Shown piece by piece: positions 25,825-27,140 of a stretch of DNA of 27,140 bases. Source of the DNA: a virus (taxonomy: Duplodnaviria > Caudoviricetes); IMG/VR virus record IMGVR_UViG_3300020045_003074, positions 1-27,140 of that record. One strand, 5' to 3'. The position numbers and the translations under genes are program-made. Every line of letters begins with the position of its first letter. Position 1 is the stretch's first letter. The notes beneath the pieces are model-generated. The model had not been told where the DNA came from, made no database searches, and saw only the letters and a program-made list of their open reading frames with translations.

Positions 25825-27053
25825 CACCAACCCTCATAAACGATTTCTTTGTATTGCTGCACTACTTCAATTTCGCGCTGCATCATCATTACTACGTCAG
25901 CCATGTTAGGCGAATCAATACCTAGCTTTTTCATTTCCGGCTTGCTAAGTATTTGGGTTCTTCCGCCAGGCTTTAACGGTATTCTGCAAATCTCTGTCTT
26001 TAGTTTATCAATTTCTTTAATCGAAGACGAGAAGCTAATTAATTCTTCTACATTGTATATCTTTTTACCTTTCTTTACAGCTAGGTATGTTTTTAGCATT
26101 TTATCTGCCAGTGCGGTATAGAACTGAGATCGCCAATTAACGAAGGTTTCTTTGTTTGTCTTCTGGTTGCCCATCTCCTGCCCTGAAACTGGCATGTAAG
26201 CAAGGTCTGGTTTATCAGCACCAAACGACCCCTTAAACTGCTCTAGCTTTATTTTCTTTCCACCTATGCCTTGGTTTAGCTGGAAAGTTAATCCTGCACC
26301 AAGGCCGTCACAGTCCCACGTAAACGCGTCAGGCTTCTTAGTTAGCGTATAGGTTATTGCTGCTGCCGTCTTCTCGGTAACGTTTGCGCCTTCAATCTCG
26401 CAAACATCAAGAACAACTGAGCCATGCTGATAACCTATTGCAGCAGGGTCGCCGCCTTGGTCTGAAGGGTCATAAGCGCAGCGCTCTTGCCCTAGCGGAT
26501 CGAAACCAAGTGCCATATGCGCATCCACACAAGCGTCAAACCATTCCGGCTGAATAATAGCGTTCTCTACGGTTTCCAAGTAGTCACCGTGCCATTTGTG
26601 GCGATATTGAGCGGGCGACATATTCTGTTCGTCGTCTAACCGCTCTTGCTCAAGCCCAGATCCTAAGAACCACTTGCGCGGCATATCGGTGTAATTTGCT
26701 TGCACGATTATAACTGTGTCGTCTTCGTAGTATTCGCCTCTTGCTAAAACTGAATCAGCGCGAGCAAGGTATTTTTTAGCGATAGGATCACCGCGGCTTC
26801 CTCGGTTCATTGAAACCCATATCTCAGGCATCTTGATATCGGCTATATCTATTCCTAGCTTCATCATATCGTCAAAGTCTTTTGCAGAATTACGAAGTGA
26901 TGCGGTTAATACGCGAAGCGTGTTATCGCTTAGGTTTTCACCCTCTTCAATCCAAAGGCCGTCAACACCAGAAAGCATGCCCTTAATCGAAGTAATGTTG
27001 CGGGCAAGACCTCGAAAGAAAATGTACCCGCCTGACTCGTGCTCGATAGTCTG
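25824..27053 (-). CDS. terL: Terminase large subunit (PBSX-like), 5'-truncated
   Basis: FRGL.RN..SIK, Walker B WIEEG, NYTD, DPSD.G.D, D.DGLG and SPN.AD motifs. Walker A is missing because the sequence above about 27053 is an inverted duplicate. Confidence 0.92.
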   Translation of the reverse strand, partial: QTIEHESGGYIFFRGLARNITSIKGMLSGVDGLWIEEGENLSDNTLRVLTASLRNSAKDFDDMMKLGIDIADIKMPEIWVSMNRGSRGDPIAKKYLARADSVLARGEYYEDDTVIIVQANYTDMPRKWFLGSGLEQERLDDEQNMSPAQYRHKWHGDYLETVENAIIQPEWFDACVDAHMALGFDPLGQERCAYDPSDQGGDPAAIGYQHGSVVLDVCEIEGANVTEKTAAAITYTLTKKPDAFTWDCDGLGAGLTFQLNQGIGGKKIKLEQFKGSFGADKPDLAYMPVSGQEMGNQKTNKETFVNWRSQFYTALADKMLKTYLAVKKGKKIYNVEELISFSSSIKEIDKLKTEICRIPLKPGGRTQILSKPEMKKLGIDSPNMADVVMMMQREIEVVQQYKEIVYEGW

Positions 27054-27140
27054 TGAGGGTTGGTGATGATTGACTTCAGCGAACACAAAGACGTTATAGC
27101 CGCTCTCAATACTGCGCAAGAGATTGAGCATGATCGCCGC
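27054..27140. repeat. 87 bp exact inverted duplicate of 25750-25836
   Basis: Base-by-base reverse complement match that runs to the window end. Confidence 0.95.

Noticed and set aside
5984-27066. Numerous plus-strand ORFs within the late operon (other than 21188-21535)
   Set aside because: Antisense shadows of well-supported structural genes, with no recognisable motifs.
27054-27131. Terminase start at 27131, or an invertible segment bounded by 87 bp repeats
   Set aside because: The segment is duplicated portal-junction sequence, no invertase is present, and the repeat runs to the sequence end.
1-27140. Integron integrase, attI, phage integrase, cI repressor, tRNA
   Set aside because: No tyrosine-recombinase or HTH/S24 motifs in any ORF and no cloverleaf noticed. 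These may lie outside the window.

Overview
The window is part of a P22/Sf6-like podovirus (or prophage) genome, probably from a gammaproteobacterial host. A long minus-strand late operon (about 5.7-27.1 kb) runs, in reading order: terminase large subunit (5'-truncated), portal, scaffold, P22-type coat, head-tail proteins, a 2OG-Fe(II) oxygenase and GNAT pair, three ejection proteins, two tailspike-type proteins, a lysis cassette, and two beta-rich accessory proteins. A plus-strand early operon (1.67-5.66 kb) encodes Erf, an exonuclease, a coiled-coil protein and SSB. The main finding is at 1-1385: a tandem array of five integron attC sites delimiting four complete gene cassettes plus a partial fifth, with no integrase in the window. 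Each cassette's left R' core is complementary to its own right R'' core, as expected for integrase-mobilised cassettes. Every cassette ORF is a small phage-type gene oriented opposite to the attC sites. The ORFs lie downstream of a leftward phage promoter and an unannotated ribbon-helix-helix gene, so the phage appears to use a reversed cassette array as a variable early operon. The last 87 bp are an exact inverted copy of 25750-25836, most likely a chimeric artefact. Protein family calls come from motif recognition and synteny; no database searches were run.
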